Shown piece after piece: positions 31,376-39,744 of a stretch of DNA of 64,000 nt. Under the pieces are notes generated by a model. It ran no database searches and was not told where the DNA came from. It saw nothing but the letters and a program-made list of their open reading frames with translations. This DNA comes from a virus, in IMG/VR virus record IMGVR_UViG_3300032213_002832, positions 103,516 to 167,515 of that record; one strand, written 5' to 3'. The translations under genes were made by a program, and so were the position numbers. How positions within the stretch are numbered: the stretch's first letter is position 1; the number at the start of each line of letters is the position of its first letter.

Positions 31376-31783
31376 TTATCCTCCTAATAATATCTGTTCG
31401 GTTATTTTATTAAAGTCTCTTAACTCAATAAGATAATCCCATTGCTCTTTTAAACGCTCATTATGAGTTTTACGAGTTGTATAGCGAAATACATTATCCG
31501 AAACATGCCAAGCATTACCTGCTGATTCATCATCATTGCGGTCAACACTAGCCACACTATATCCTGTAGCATAGGCTATACGATTATCAGTATTATCAGC
31601 TGCTTGATCACATTGTTTAAGTGTAGCTTTATCTTCTAGCCACAACTCAACTGTTCTTATCGCCTTTACAGCCTGTATATCTGTAATCCACTTATCTTGA
31701 ACTTGGTAAGCACAGAATAAAGCAAATCTCACAATATCTTTGTGAGAGAGACTTTCTAAATCTGATATTTGAATCTTATCCAT
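31376..31783 (-). CDS. Imm5-like family paralog 7
   Basis: LSHKDIVRFALFCA...VELWLEDKAT; ELRDFNKITEQILL. Confidence 0.65.
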   Translation of the reverse strand: MDKIQISDLESLSHKDIVRFALFCAYQVQDKWITDIQAVKAIRTVELWLEDKATLKQCDQAADNTDNRIAYATGYSVASVDRNDDESAGNAWHVSDNVFRYTTRKTHNERLKEQWDYLIELRDFNKITEQILLGG

Positions 31784-32209
31784 ATTATCCTACTAAAAGG
31801 TAATTTGTTGTTCATCTATATCTACCCATAAATACCTTGTGCCATTATCTAAAAATACACACTCTTGGTTGGTTGCTATTCTTATCACTCTTGCTTCTTT
31901 ATAAAAGGATAAAAGTTGCTGGCCAGATAGGTAATACTTCTTAACAGATGAGTCAGTAATAGCATAGATAAAGAATTTCTCATTCATCTTATTCTCCTTG
32001 AGTTATGAAGTTATAATCTACGGTGTGAGCATCTTCAATGTCTTCTAGCTGTACCATCATGTTATAGCAGAGATCATTCTGTTGCTCTTCTGTAAGTGGT
32101 TCACTAGTCTTAAAAGTGAATACAAACTGATACTGTGCCATATAACCTCCTATATAGTTAAGGTTCGAATCGGTTATTGGTATGAGTATACAGTAGCTCT
32201 ATGCGGCTG

Positions 32210-32251
32210 GCGTAGCAGTGTCAGTGTTAAAAAGCAGGCCGAAGCCTGCTT
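32210..32251 (-). repeat. Intergenic cassette: UUCG terminator + 16-nt box (ACTGACACTGCTACGC on minus strand)
   Basis: GCGTAGCAGTGTCA starts at 26331, 32210, 33229, 37592, 38269, 39060 and 39695; six copies abut a cUUCGg hairpin. Confidence 0.85.
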
Positions 32252-32263
32252 AGTAGATAGTGG

Positions 32264-32566
32264 TTATTTTTTGCCAATTAATTGCTGTAATTTCTTAAGC
32301 GAAGCCTCAATACGATCTTGTTGAGATACTATTTCTTTAGTTTTACTTTTTCTAGTTCTTTGTCTTAATTCTGGGTATTCTTTTAATACTAAACTAGATA
32401 ACTTAGCATTGTGAAAAGGTTTACCATTATGGTCTACTATTCCCTCTTGCTTTAGAATATTTTCAATTTCAGTATACGTCTTACCTTCCTTAACCAGAGT
32501 TGCCGTATGTTTTGCTACAGCACTAGCCATAATGTCACGCAGTTCTATTTTACTTTTAGACATCAT
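32264..32566 (-). CDS. Putative HTH DNA-binding protein
   Basis: GKTYTEIENILKQEGI...GKPF recombinase-HTH-like segment; basic. Confidence 0.5.
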   Translation of the reverse strand: MMSKSKIELRDIMASAVAKHTATLVKEGKTYTEIENILKQEGIVDHNGKPFHNAKLSSLVLKEYPELRQRTRKSKTKEIVSQQDRIEASLKKLQQLIGKK

Positions 32567-32590
32567 TTAATACTCCTTAAATAAAAAGTA

Positions 32591-32605
32591 GGGACCGAAG
32601 TCCCC
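32591..32605 (-). terminator. UUCG-tetraloop terminator
   Basis: GGGAC-TTCG-GTCCC then TACTTTTT on minus strand, right after the 32618 gene. Confidence 0.8.
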
Positions 32606-32617
32606 ACATACTATAGA

Positions 32618-33097
32618 TTACTTAACCAAGTGGCGTAGTGCTTCAGGTAGAGCGTCAAGGTTGATTGTCTTGACTTTCTTAGCTACTTTGGCTGAATTCA
32701 ACTCAGCAGTTCTAGAGAAGATTGCTGCGTCAATTTCAGTGATCGCATCAGCGTCAGAGAGAGTTGAGCGTAGAGCTTTAAGTGCTTTTAGCTGATCATC
32801 ACCAGCTCCACTTCGGCTTCCTGGGTTTTTGATCTCAGATTTAACTCCACCATTTAGTCTTTTGTCTTTGCGTAAGTGGTTGTTTACCATGCCAACTACA
32901 TAACCTTTAACTTTAGCATCTGTGTCGTACTTGGCTTTGGCTGATGCTGTGAAGTCAACTTTGCCAGAGAGAATACCAGATGTTACAATCTGGATTACAC
33001 TATTTCTCTCTTCTTTTGTCAACTCAACAGCTGAATCAAAGCTGTCTTGTCCCAAAGCACCACATACTGCGTGAAATACTGCGTCGTTCTGCTGCAT
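32618..33097 (-). CDS. 'NHLRKDKRLNGG' family protein
   Basis: Start moved to MQQNDAVF (AGGAG RBS); close paralog of 37640 and 39745. Confidence 0.8.
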   Translation of the reverse strand: MQQNDAVFHAVCGALGQDSFDSAVELTKEERNSVIQIVTSGILSGKVDFTASAKAKYDTDAKVKGYVVGMVNNHLRKDKRLNGGVKSEIKNPGSRSGAGDDQLKALKALRSTLSDADAITEIDAAIFSRTAELNSAKVAKKVKTINLDALPEALRHLVK

Positions 33098-33228
33098 AAA
33101 TACTCCTAAAATGTTGATGTTATATACTAAAACTCGTATACAACTCTCGTTTCGGTTGATCACAACCTATTTGTCATCAACTTACAAGTTAACATCGATT
33201 CGGTTTAAAACCTTGTTAGTCGGCTGGT

Positions 33229-33268
33229 GCGTAGCAGTGTCAATGTAAAATGGGGACCGAAGTCCCCA
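33229..33268 (-). repeat. Terminator + 16-nt box cassette
   Basis: GCGTAGCAGTGTCAAT + TGGGGACCGAAGTCCCCA. Confidence 0.85.
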
Positions 33269-33471
33269 CAGTTGTATATTACTCTTCGTCTACGAAATCC
33301 CACCAGTCATTACAATAAAAGTGTCTTATATCTTTCTCATCAAATACACCTTTAGCTATTAAATCTTTAAGTTCTTCAAGAGTGTAATCATCATAGTTGA
33401 TCATAATTGCTCCTTTATTATCATGACTAGTTGGAATATCAGACCAAATACTAGGAGTAAGTCGTTGTCAG

Positions 33472-33774
33472 TCATGATTGTTTCTTTGCTTTAACTTTTT
33501 GCTTTAAATTATATTGCTCAATTTCACGCTGAACTTTTTCACCTAAAGCTCGTATCTCTATAACCCAATCTTCTTTTTCATCATCTTCTTCAAGAAGAAG
33601 ATTATCTATATCATCATTTAAATTTTCAATTAGATCGTCTTCAGTATAAGCATCTATACCTTTAAAACCATCATAAACTATATCTTTAATTTTCATACTT
33701 TCTGCTTCGTCAAATAAGCGCTCTAACAATCTCTCACGAAGTTCATCACGTGTTTTCTTTGATAGTTTACCCAT
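33472..33774 (-). CDS. Acidic helical protein, paralog of 33998
   Basis: R.EL.ERL...IVY.G..G....T pattern shared. Confidence 0.6.
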   Translation of the reverse strand: MGKLSKKTRDELRERLLERLFDEAESMKIKDIVYDGFKGIDAYTEDDLIENLNDDIDNLLLEEDDEKEDWVIEIRALGEKVQREIEQYNLKQKVKAKKQS

Positions 33775-33997
33775 ATTATTTCTCCTTAGTTTTAGCCTTA
33801 GCTTCTCGCTTTAAATCATTTATCAATATCTGTAAACCTTCTTCATCATCTACGAATTGTTCAATTAAGTCATCAATTAGGTTATATCTAGAAGCATAGC
33901 CAACATATAATTCAAGCAAATCTCTTCGTTCTAATGCTTCCAATAGTTTATATAACTCCATATCTTTATCCATATAACCTCCAAGTGATTTATATAG

Positions 33998-34243
33998 TTA
34001 AATCGATTCGGTTGGGATTAATAGCTTATGGCTTTCTACTTCTACTTGTACTCTGATTAATAACTCATCATCTTCATCAGCATAAAATGTCAACTCATCA
34101 ACCATTTGCTGGTCAGTCATTTTATTTAGTCCCACCATACCTTCATAAACTATCTCTTCTTTACCATAACCATCAAACAGAACTTCCAATCTATCTTCAG
34201 CTAATCTCTCTTTTAACTCTTCTCTTAGTAATTCGTTTAGCAT
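33998..34243 (-). CDS. Acidic helical protein, paralog of 33472
   Basis: REELKERL...EIVYEGMVGLNKMTD. Confidence 0.6.
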   Translation of the reverse strand: MLNELLREELKERLAEDRLEVLFDGYGKEEIVYEGMVGLNKMTDQQMVDELTFYADEDDELLIRVQVEVESHKLLIPTESI

Positions 34244-34901
34244 AATTACCTCATTTTTTGATTAAGTTTACGAGACCAGTTAAGTGTCGCAGCATAAGCA
34301 TAACTTCGATTAGTAAATCCCTTTGGAAGTATTGTATTAACTTTTCCATTTTCCATATCAGCATATACAAGCCACCAGTCAAACTTGTTCTTTACTATAC
34401 ACTCTTGAATAGTCATATAACCTCCATTATTGTATAAGCTTAACTCGATTCGGTTTTATTCACCTATGTAATAATGAAAATCCCTACCACTTTTCAGTAG
34501 TAGGGAGTAAAAGGGGAAACAACTGGAGGTGTTACTTATTGGATATTACAAAACCTATTAATACTAATACACCTATACTTAACACTATTGATATGAAAGC
34601 CATACCACTGAATACATTATCCATCTGATTGATTACCATTTCCATCTTATGCCTCCTTCAACAAGCCGTTAAGCCTGAAGTCGTATGTAAGGGATTGGTC
34701 AATTGCTATAAGTATATCACCTCGCGTAAACACTTCACCACATGGATCTAGTTTACCTATTGCAATAGCATTCTCAATAATATCAGCAACTAAGCTTATT
34801 TGTCTATTAGAGAGCAAGACTTGCTTACCCTTTGGAGTAGGATTTGTAACATATTGTATAGCTTCGTAAATACCTTCAACTATAAACATAAACCCTCCTT
34901 T

Positions 34902-35138
34902 TTAGTACTCGTCGTCTTCATCTTCTTCGTCTTCATCTTCATATTCATCTTCGTCTGGGTCAAATATGCTATCTAATGCCTCTTCCATATAGTATGGATC
35001 ATTCATGTAATCAGCTGCTTCTTCTTCACTTTCATCATAAGTAGGATCATAGCCGAACATTTCATCTGGGTACTTATCTGATTCATAATCAATGTCTGTT
35101 AGTAAGTCAATCTCAACACCACCAAAATTTGCTTTCAT
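34902..35138 (-). CDS. Extremely acidic small protein (DNA-mimic candidate)
   Basis: Nearly half of residues are D/E, with interspersed Tyr; AAGGAG RBS and own promoter motif. Confidence 0.55.
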   Translation of the reverse strand: MKANFGGVEIDLLTDIDYESDKYPDEMFGYDPTYDESEEEAADYMNDPYYMEEALDSIFDPDEDEYEDEDEEDEDDEY

Positions 35139-35191
35139 AAATACTCCTTATTAATGAGTTGTTTAACGAACATGTTATTCTCGTATCGGTT

Positions 35192-35566
35192 TTAAACTCT
35201 ATCCTTCTTCTTAAAGATCTTCATATAAGTGGCCTCTTTTCTCTTAATAGCCTTTTCCATAGCAACTACTCTAGCTAATAGTGCGTTATACTTATCGTCC
35301 ACTACTTCTTGCTTTTCAGCCACTATTGGGCAATTTATCTTTGCCGCATGAGTGATATAGTACTGATCTCTCACTATTCCATCATATATCCACTTAAAAG
35401 GTGAAGTAGAATAAAAAGTCATATTATGACCATCATTCACTTTAATTACCTCATTTTCATAGTAGGCTGTAAAAACATATACATTAGAGGATCCGAATTT
35501 CACTACATATATTAAGAAATTCCCATCAACTAATTCCCACTCTTCTATAGGTATCCAGTCAATCAT
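35192..35566 (-). CDS. DUF551-like small phage protein
   Basis: WIPIEE N-terminus and ITHAA (cf. VTHW). Confidence 0.4.
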   Translation of the reverse strand: MIDWIPIEEWELVDGNFLIYVVKFGSSNVYVFTAYYENEVIKVNDGHNMTFYSTSPFKWIYDGIVRDQYYITHAAKINCPIVAEKQEVVDDKYNALLARVVAMEKAIKRKEATYMKIFKKKDRV

Positions 35567-35912
35567 ACTTCACTCCTCCACACCATGTAAGATACCAATT
35601 AAACTCAATATACCGTATATCACCATCATAATACGTACCCTTTTTATGGTGTATTCTTATACCCTTAAACTCTTCAACCTTACATAATATATCTACTATA
35701 TCTTCACCCTTACTACTGCTGTGTATCTCATGTGTATAGTTATGCTCACCTCTTTTAGCTGCTTTTACCATACCTTCAATAATCTCATCTTTTACAGCTA
35801 AAACATCCTTCTCTGCTAAAGCTACTGATTCCCTTTTCTTAAGTTCCTTAGCAACATCAGTATATAAAACAAGCCTAGAATACAAACTATACTTATTTCT
35901 AAACCATTTCAT
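35559..35912 (-). CDS. Hypothetical protein
   Basis: Start moved to MKWFRN after GAGGGAG. Confidence 0.55.
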   Translation of the reverse strand: MKWFRNKYSLYSRLVLYTDVAKELKKRESVALAEKDVLAVKDEIIEGMVKAAKRGEHNYTHEIHSSSKGEDIVDILCKVEEFKGIRIHHKKGTYYDGDIRYIEFNWYLTWCGGVKYD

Positions 35913-35981
35913 ATATACACTCCCTCTTTTATAAAATCTCAGTGCCAATAGTACCTTCAAATATCTCACCTCGCTCCGGAA

Positions 35982-36188
35982 TCATTTAAAGTCCTCAGTA
36001 TAAATTGGTTCATTTGGGAGCATATTGAATAACTCTCTTGTTACCGGAATTCCATGCCAACTCCTACGAGCAATCTCAATTTTAGCATATCTAATCTCTT
36101 CTGAAACATCAGCTAAATTTTCTTCTAGCTCACGCTTATATTCATCCCAAGTTATCTCAGACTTCGAATACTTCATATTAGTCCTCAC
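35982..36188 (-). CDS. Small protein, paralog of 36672
   Basis: ELEE.LA.V....R.AKIE....W.GI...EL.N.LP shared. Confidence 0.6.
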   Translation of the reverse strand: MRTNMKYSKSEITWDEYKRELEENLADVSEEIRYAKIEIARRSWHGIPVTRELFNMLPNEPIYTEDFK

Positions 36189-36657
36189 TCAATTTAATAT
36201 AAGCATTATTGGCTATAATAGCACCTTGAACACTATAGTAAACATCTTCTATATGAGTGATATCCCACTTATGTTCTGAGTAACGATGAGCGCTCACTAT
36301 ATTTTCAATTCTTTCTATAGCATCTAATACTTCATGTTTACAATATAAGTAATGATAAAATCTATCTGTATTATCAGCATCATAACCTGATTCTATCCCA
36401 TCATACCCTATATACTCAAACATCACCTCTGTTAAGTACATACTTTCATTATCATTACAGGTTTTATGAAACATATCAGTTGTAATACTACCTTCCAACC
36501 AACGATTAACTAATCCCCTTACATTAGAAATTACTTTACGATGATCTATTACCTCATTAGAGATTTTATCTAAAAAAGACAAGGCTAAAACAACAGTTTC
36601 TTTATGAGATAACTCTCTAATATTTACACCAGCAATCATGTATACCTCTTTACTCAT
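36178..36657 (-). CDS. Imm5-like family paralog 8, divergent
   Basis: ELSHKETVVLALSF...VNRWLEGSIT. Confidence 0.5.
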   Translation of the reverse strand: MSKEVYMIAGVNIRELSHKETVVLALSFLDKISNEVIDHRKVISNVRGLVNRWLEGSITTDMFHKTCNDNESMYLTEVMFEYIGYDGIESGYDADNTDRFYHYLYCKHEVLDAIERIENIVSAHRYSEHKWDITHIEDVYYSVQGAIIANNAYIKLSED

Positions 36658-36671
36658 ATAGACTCTCCTTT

Positions 36672-36896
36672 TTATAGAATCTCTTTACCAACAGAATCTT
36701 CAAATATCTCACCCACTTTAGGACCAATAGGAAGTTTGTTTAATAGTTCTTTAGAAGAGAGTATTCCAAACCAACGGTTATATACTACCTCAATCTTTGC
36801 ATCTCTAAGATCTTTGGGTACATTAGCCAAGCTTTCTTCTAGCTCTATTTTACGTCTATTCCAACGTTGCTCTAATGTCTTTACTAAATATTCCAT
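36672..36896 (-). CDS. Small protein, paralog of 35982
   Basis: Start moved to MEYLVK; shared motif. Confidence 0.6.
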   Translation of the reverse strand: MEYLVKTLEQRWNRRKIELEESLANVPKDLRDAKIEVVYNRWFGILSSKELLNKLPIGPKVGEIFEDSVGKEIL

Positions 36897-36993
36897 TAAT
36901 AATCCCCTTACTAAACTACCACTAAACATACATGAATACCCTATACCTAGACAATACTACATATATACAAATACCCTACTAACAGATTTACTC

Positions 36994-37200
36994 GAATCGG
37001 TATAGAGATACATACCAGTACCACACTGAGGAGAGTGTGAGGAGTAATGTGAATATTGGTGTAACTAGCAGATATTACAGAGGCGGAAAAGTGTGAAGAG
37101 TAGGGTGAGTTGGCGGAGTCACACTAAGTCAGCTTGACTTACGACTACTCTTCACAACCGACTCACACATCTCCATACCGATTCCTCTGTTTCTCTACCC
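36994..37200. other. Non-coding region with multiple inverted repeats (structured RNA or protein-binding array)
   Basis: GAATCGGTAT/ATACCGATTC, ACAGAGG/CCTCTGT, TGTGAAGAGTAG/CTACTCTTCACA, TAAGTCA/TGACTTA pairings. Confidence 0.5.
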
Positions 37201-37231
37201 CTAAACTGAATTGTTTAGAACCTAAAACTGA

Positions 37232-37519
37232 TTATATTCCGTACTCATCGTCATGTTCTATATAGTCTGTCTCTTGATTAAGTTGTAGTTCATCCATCTC
37301 TTTTTGAAAGGATTCATCTTCATATTCTCCTATTACCCCTATACAATCTTGGATAAATGCCATCTCTATACCCATAAGTGTAGGATTATTACAGTCTGGA
37401 CAAGAGTAATTCTTGGCGTCTGGTTCTACTCCGCCTTCTTTTGTTATGCTGTTACAGTGGGAGCAATAGCCATTATTGTGATTACAGTGAATATAATACT
37501 CATACTCTGAAAGTCTCAT
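37232..37519 (-). CDS. Zinc-ribbon phage protein with acidic tail
   Basis: GYCSHC...VEPDA..Y.CPDC. Confidence 0.65.
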   Translation of the reverse strand: MRLSEYEYYIHCNHNNGYCSHCNSITKEGGVEPDAKNYSCPDCNNPTLMGIEMAFIQDCIGVIGEYEDESFQKEMDELQLNQETDYIEHDDEYGI

Positions 37520-37591
37520 ATATACTCTCCTTTGTTGTATAAGTGTAGATCGATTCGGTTTGAGTGTGTATGTAGGTGTAAGTGGCTGTAG

Positions 37592-37632
37592 GCGTAGCAG
37601 TGTCAGTATAAAAGCGGAGCCGAAGCTCCGCT
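37592..37632 (-). repeat. Terminator + 16-nt box cassette
   Basis: GCGTAGCAGTGTCAGT + AGCGGAGCCGAAGCTCCGCT. Confidence 0.85.
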
Positions 37633-37639
37633 CGTTTAG

Positions 37640-38104
37640 CTACTTAACTAGATATCTTAGGCTTTCAGGTAGAGCGTCTATGTTTATAGTTGCTTTAGGT
37701 TTAGCTTGCTGTAGTTCAGCTAGTCTTTCAGCTATTGCTTCATCAACTTGTGCTAATTGCTCTGGATCAGTGATACCATCTCGTAGTGTTTTCAGTGCTT
37801 TAAGTTGCTCATCTTTAGGTCTAGAGGTTTTAGGTATGTCTTGTATACCACCATTTAATCTCTTATCTCTTCTTAAGTGATTACTAACCATTCCAACAAC
37901 ATACTCTTTTACTAGCTTACTCGTATTGTATTTGGCTTTCGCTTCAGTAGAGAAGTCAACTTTGTTAGCTAATATGCCTTCAGTCACTATATTCACTACA
38001 TTATTCCTCTCTTCTTTAGAGAGTTCAACTGCTGAGTCAAAGCTTGTTTTGTCTAATACTGAGCAAACTGCTTGAAAAACTGCATTGATTTGAGATGTTG
38101 TCAT
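37640..38104 (-). CDS. 'NHLRKDKRLNGG' family protein
   Basis: YVVGMVSNHLRRDKRLNGG...INIDALPESLRYLVK. Confidence 0.8.
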   Translation of the reverse strand: MTTSQINAVFQAVCSVLDKTSFDSAVELSKEERNNVVNIVTEGILANKVDFSTEAKAKYNTSKLVKEYVVGMVSNHLRRDKRLNGGIQDIPKTSRPKDEQLKALKTLRDGITDPEQLAQVDEAIAERLAELQQAKPKATINIDALPESLRYLVK

Positions 38105-38268
38105 AAATACTCCTTTGTTGTTAATTATATAGTTGACTCGAATCGGTTAACGCATTGATATACCTATGAAAAAGCCAATACTTAAACCCATCACAAACAT
38201 AGTAAAGATCATATACTCTCCTTTGTTGTTGTTATACAGCATACTCGATTCGGTTAAGCTCTGTGTAG

Positions 38269-38310
38269 GCGTAGCAGTGTCAGTAAAAAAGCGGGCCGAA
38301 GCCCCGCTTT
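38269..38310 (-). repeat. Terminator + 16-nt box cassette
   Basis: GCGTAGCAGTGTCAGT + AAAGCGGGCCGAAGCCCCGCTTT. Confidence 0.8.
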
Positions 38311-38318
38311 GTTATTGG

Positions 38319-38564
38319 TTAGGTATTGGTGTCTGTTATTGTGAGGGTTATGTTGTTATTTTCAAATCCAAGTGTTAATGAGTATGGACTCTCGTCTAAC
38401 CAAGCAGAACCAGGACCGAAGTTGTCTAGCTGGTGCTCGGTCTTCTTAGTTATCTTACAAAACTTTGTTATCTTATCCTCATTTCCTTTAGTAAACTGGG
38501 CAAACAAGTCATCCACATCAGAAGAGTAATTATCATAGCCAATAACCAAAGTTAATGTTCTCAT
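38319..38564 (-). CDS. Hypothetical early protein
   Basis: Own promoter motif (38600) and AAGGAG RBS. Confidence 0.65.
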   Translation of the reverse strand: MRTLTLVIGYDNYSSDVDDLFAQFTKGNEDKITKFCKITKKTEHQLDNFGPGSAWLDESPYSLTLGFENNNITLTITDTNT

Positions 38565-38656
38565 GTAAACTCCTTTGTTATTAATTATATAAGTTTAACT
38601 CGATTCGGTTTAGAAAAGAGGGGTAAACATCCATATTCACCCCACTTTATATCAAC

Positions 38657-38983
38657 TTACTTCTTTCTATATACTTCCAACCCATAATATAATCCATTAC
38701 CACTTCCATCCATATCCACACCCATATTCACATATCCTAACTTATTCATTTCACTTTCCAATCTATCAAAAAATCCATTCCATAACCAACCTTGAAACCT
38801 ATCTTTCTCATCACTACTCATATCATCATCCATCCAATCATAATGAATAACCACATCACTATCACACAACACTATATCACTATATTCAAAACTACCTCTC
38901 ACATCATCATGATTACTCACTTCAACACTTCCAAACTTATCCCATGAATTCAAATTAACTAACAACTCATTAACTTTATTCAT
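38657..38983 (-). CDS. Acidic early protein encoded by an almost cytosine-free mRNA
   Basis: Only 4 G on the plus strand in 327 nt (38794, 38845, 38911, 38946); no Ala, Pro or Thr; GAGG RBS, promoter motif 39037. Confidence 0.8.
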   Translation of the reverse strand: MNKVNELLVNLNSWDKFGSVEVSNHDDVRGSFEYSDIVLCDSDVVIHYDWMDDDMSSDEKDRFQGWLWNGFFDRLESEMNKLGYVNMGVDMDGSGNGLYYGLEVYRKK

Positions 38984-39059
38984 GAAAACCTCTTTAATTA
39001 ATTAATAACTTAATTGTTATTAATTATATAATATAGTCGGATCGGTTAAGTGGGCTAGA

Positions 39060-39100
39060 GCGTAGCAGTGTCAGTGATAAGCGGGACCGAAGTCCCGCTT
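39060..39100 (-). repeat. Terminator + 16-nt box cassette
   Basis: 41 nt identical to 39695-39735. Confidence 0.88.
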
Positions 39101-39106
39101 AGTTAG

Positions 39107-39310
39107 TTAGTCATATTTTCTAGGGTGTAAAGTTCTAAGTATATACTCCATTAAGTCTGGCAATACAGTCTCACCAAACTCTTCACTACTAGTAACAAGT
39201 TCATCTAGTTGACAACACTTTTCTTTTTCTTCTTCAGTACACTGATCATATAGCTTAAGATTAATATAACCGTCATTTGTAATCACTACTAAGTTACTTA
39301 ATATACTCAT
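39107..39310 (-). CDS. Hypothetical early protein
   Basis: Promoter motif 39342, AAGGAG RBS, UUCG terminator. Confidence 0.65.
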   Translation of the reverse strand: MSILSNLVVITNDGYINLKLYDQCTEEEKEKCCQLDELVTSSEEFGETVLPDLMEYILRTLHPRKYD

Positions 39311-39341
39311 ATATACTCCTTTGTTATTATATAAGTTTAAC

Positions 39342-39352
39342 TCGATTCGGTT
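39342..39352 (-). promoter_or_regulatory. AACYGANNCGA promoter-like motif (representative of about 26 copies)
   Basis: All copies are in the minus orientation, usually 15-35 nt upstream of an RBS; full list in findings. Confidence 0.75.
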
Positions 39353-39641
39353 AAGTATACATGGTTGCTATTTCTTCTTTCGAGTAGATTCTCACTGAAT
39401 AAGATTGTCCTAGTGGTATATCAAACTTAGCAAGATAATAAGAACTCATACCCTTAAAGCCATCTTCATCTGTAATTGGTATACGGAATGGTTTACCAAG
39501 ATCTGTAACAGGGATAATTATATTGAGCAGACTAGGTGTAGTTATATTGAATCCAGTAATAGTGCCATTCTGTATCTCTGTGACTTCTTGATCAGTTAAG
39601 CTGATAGTATTACTATAGTTTGTCTTCTTATCTCTGTACAT
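39351..39641 (-). CDS. Hypothetical early protein
   Basis: Promoter motif 39670, GGAGG RBS. Confidence 0.65.
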   Translation of the reverse strand: MYRDKKTNYSNTISLTDQEVTEIQNGTITGFNITTPSLLNIIIPVTDLGKPFRIPITDEDGFKGMSSYYLAKFDIPLGQSYSVRIYSKEEIATMYT

Positions 39642-39694
39642 AAAACCTCCATAGTTATATAAGTTTAATTCGAATCGGTTTACTCCTCACCCCA

Positions 39695-39735
39695 GCGTAG
39701 CAGTGTCAGTGATAAGCGGGACCGAAGTCCCGCTT
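39695..39735 (-). repeat. Terminator + 16-nt box cassette
   Basis: GCGTAGCAGTGTCAGTGATAAGCGGGACCGAAGTCCCGCTT. Confidence 0.88.
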
Positions 39736-39744
39736 AGTTGCTTA

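Noticed and set aside
32210-39735. CRISPR array suggested by the repeated box + hairpin units
   Set aside because: Spacing is 0.6-4.4 kb with whole genes in between, the hairpins are UUCG terminators, and there are no cas genes
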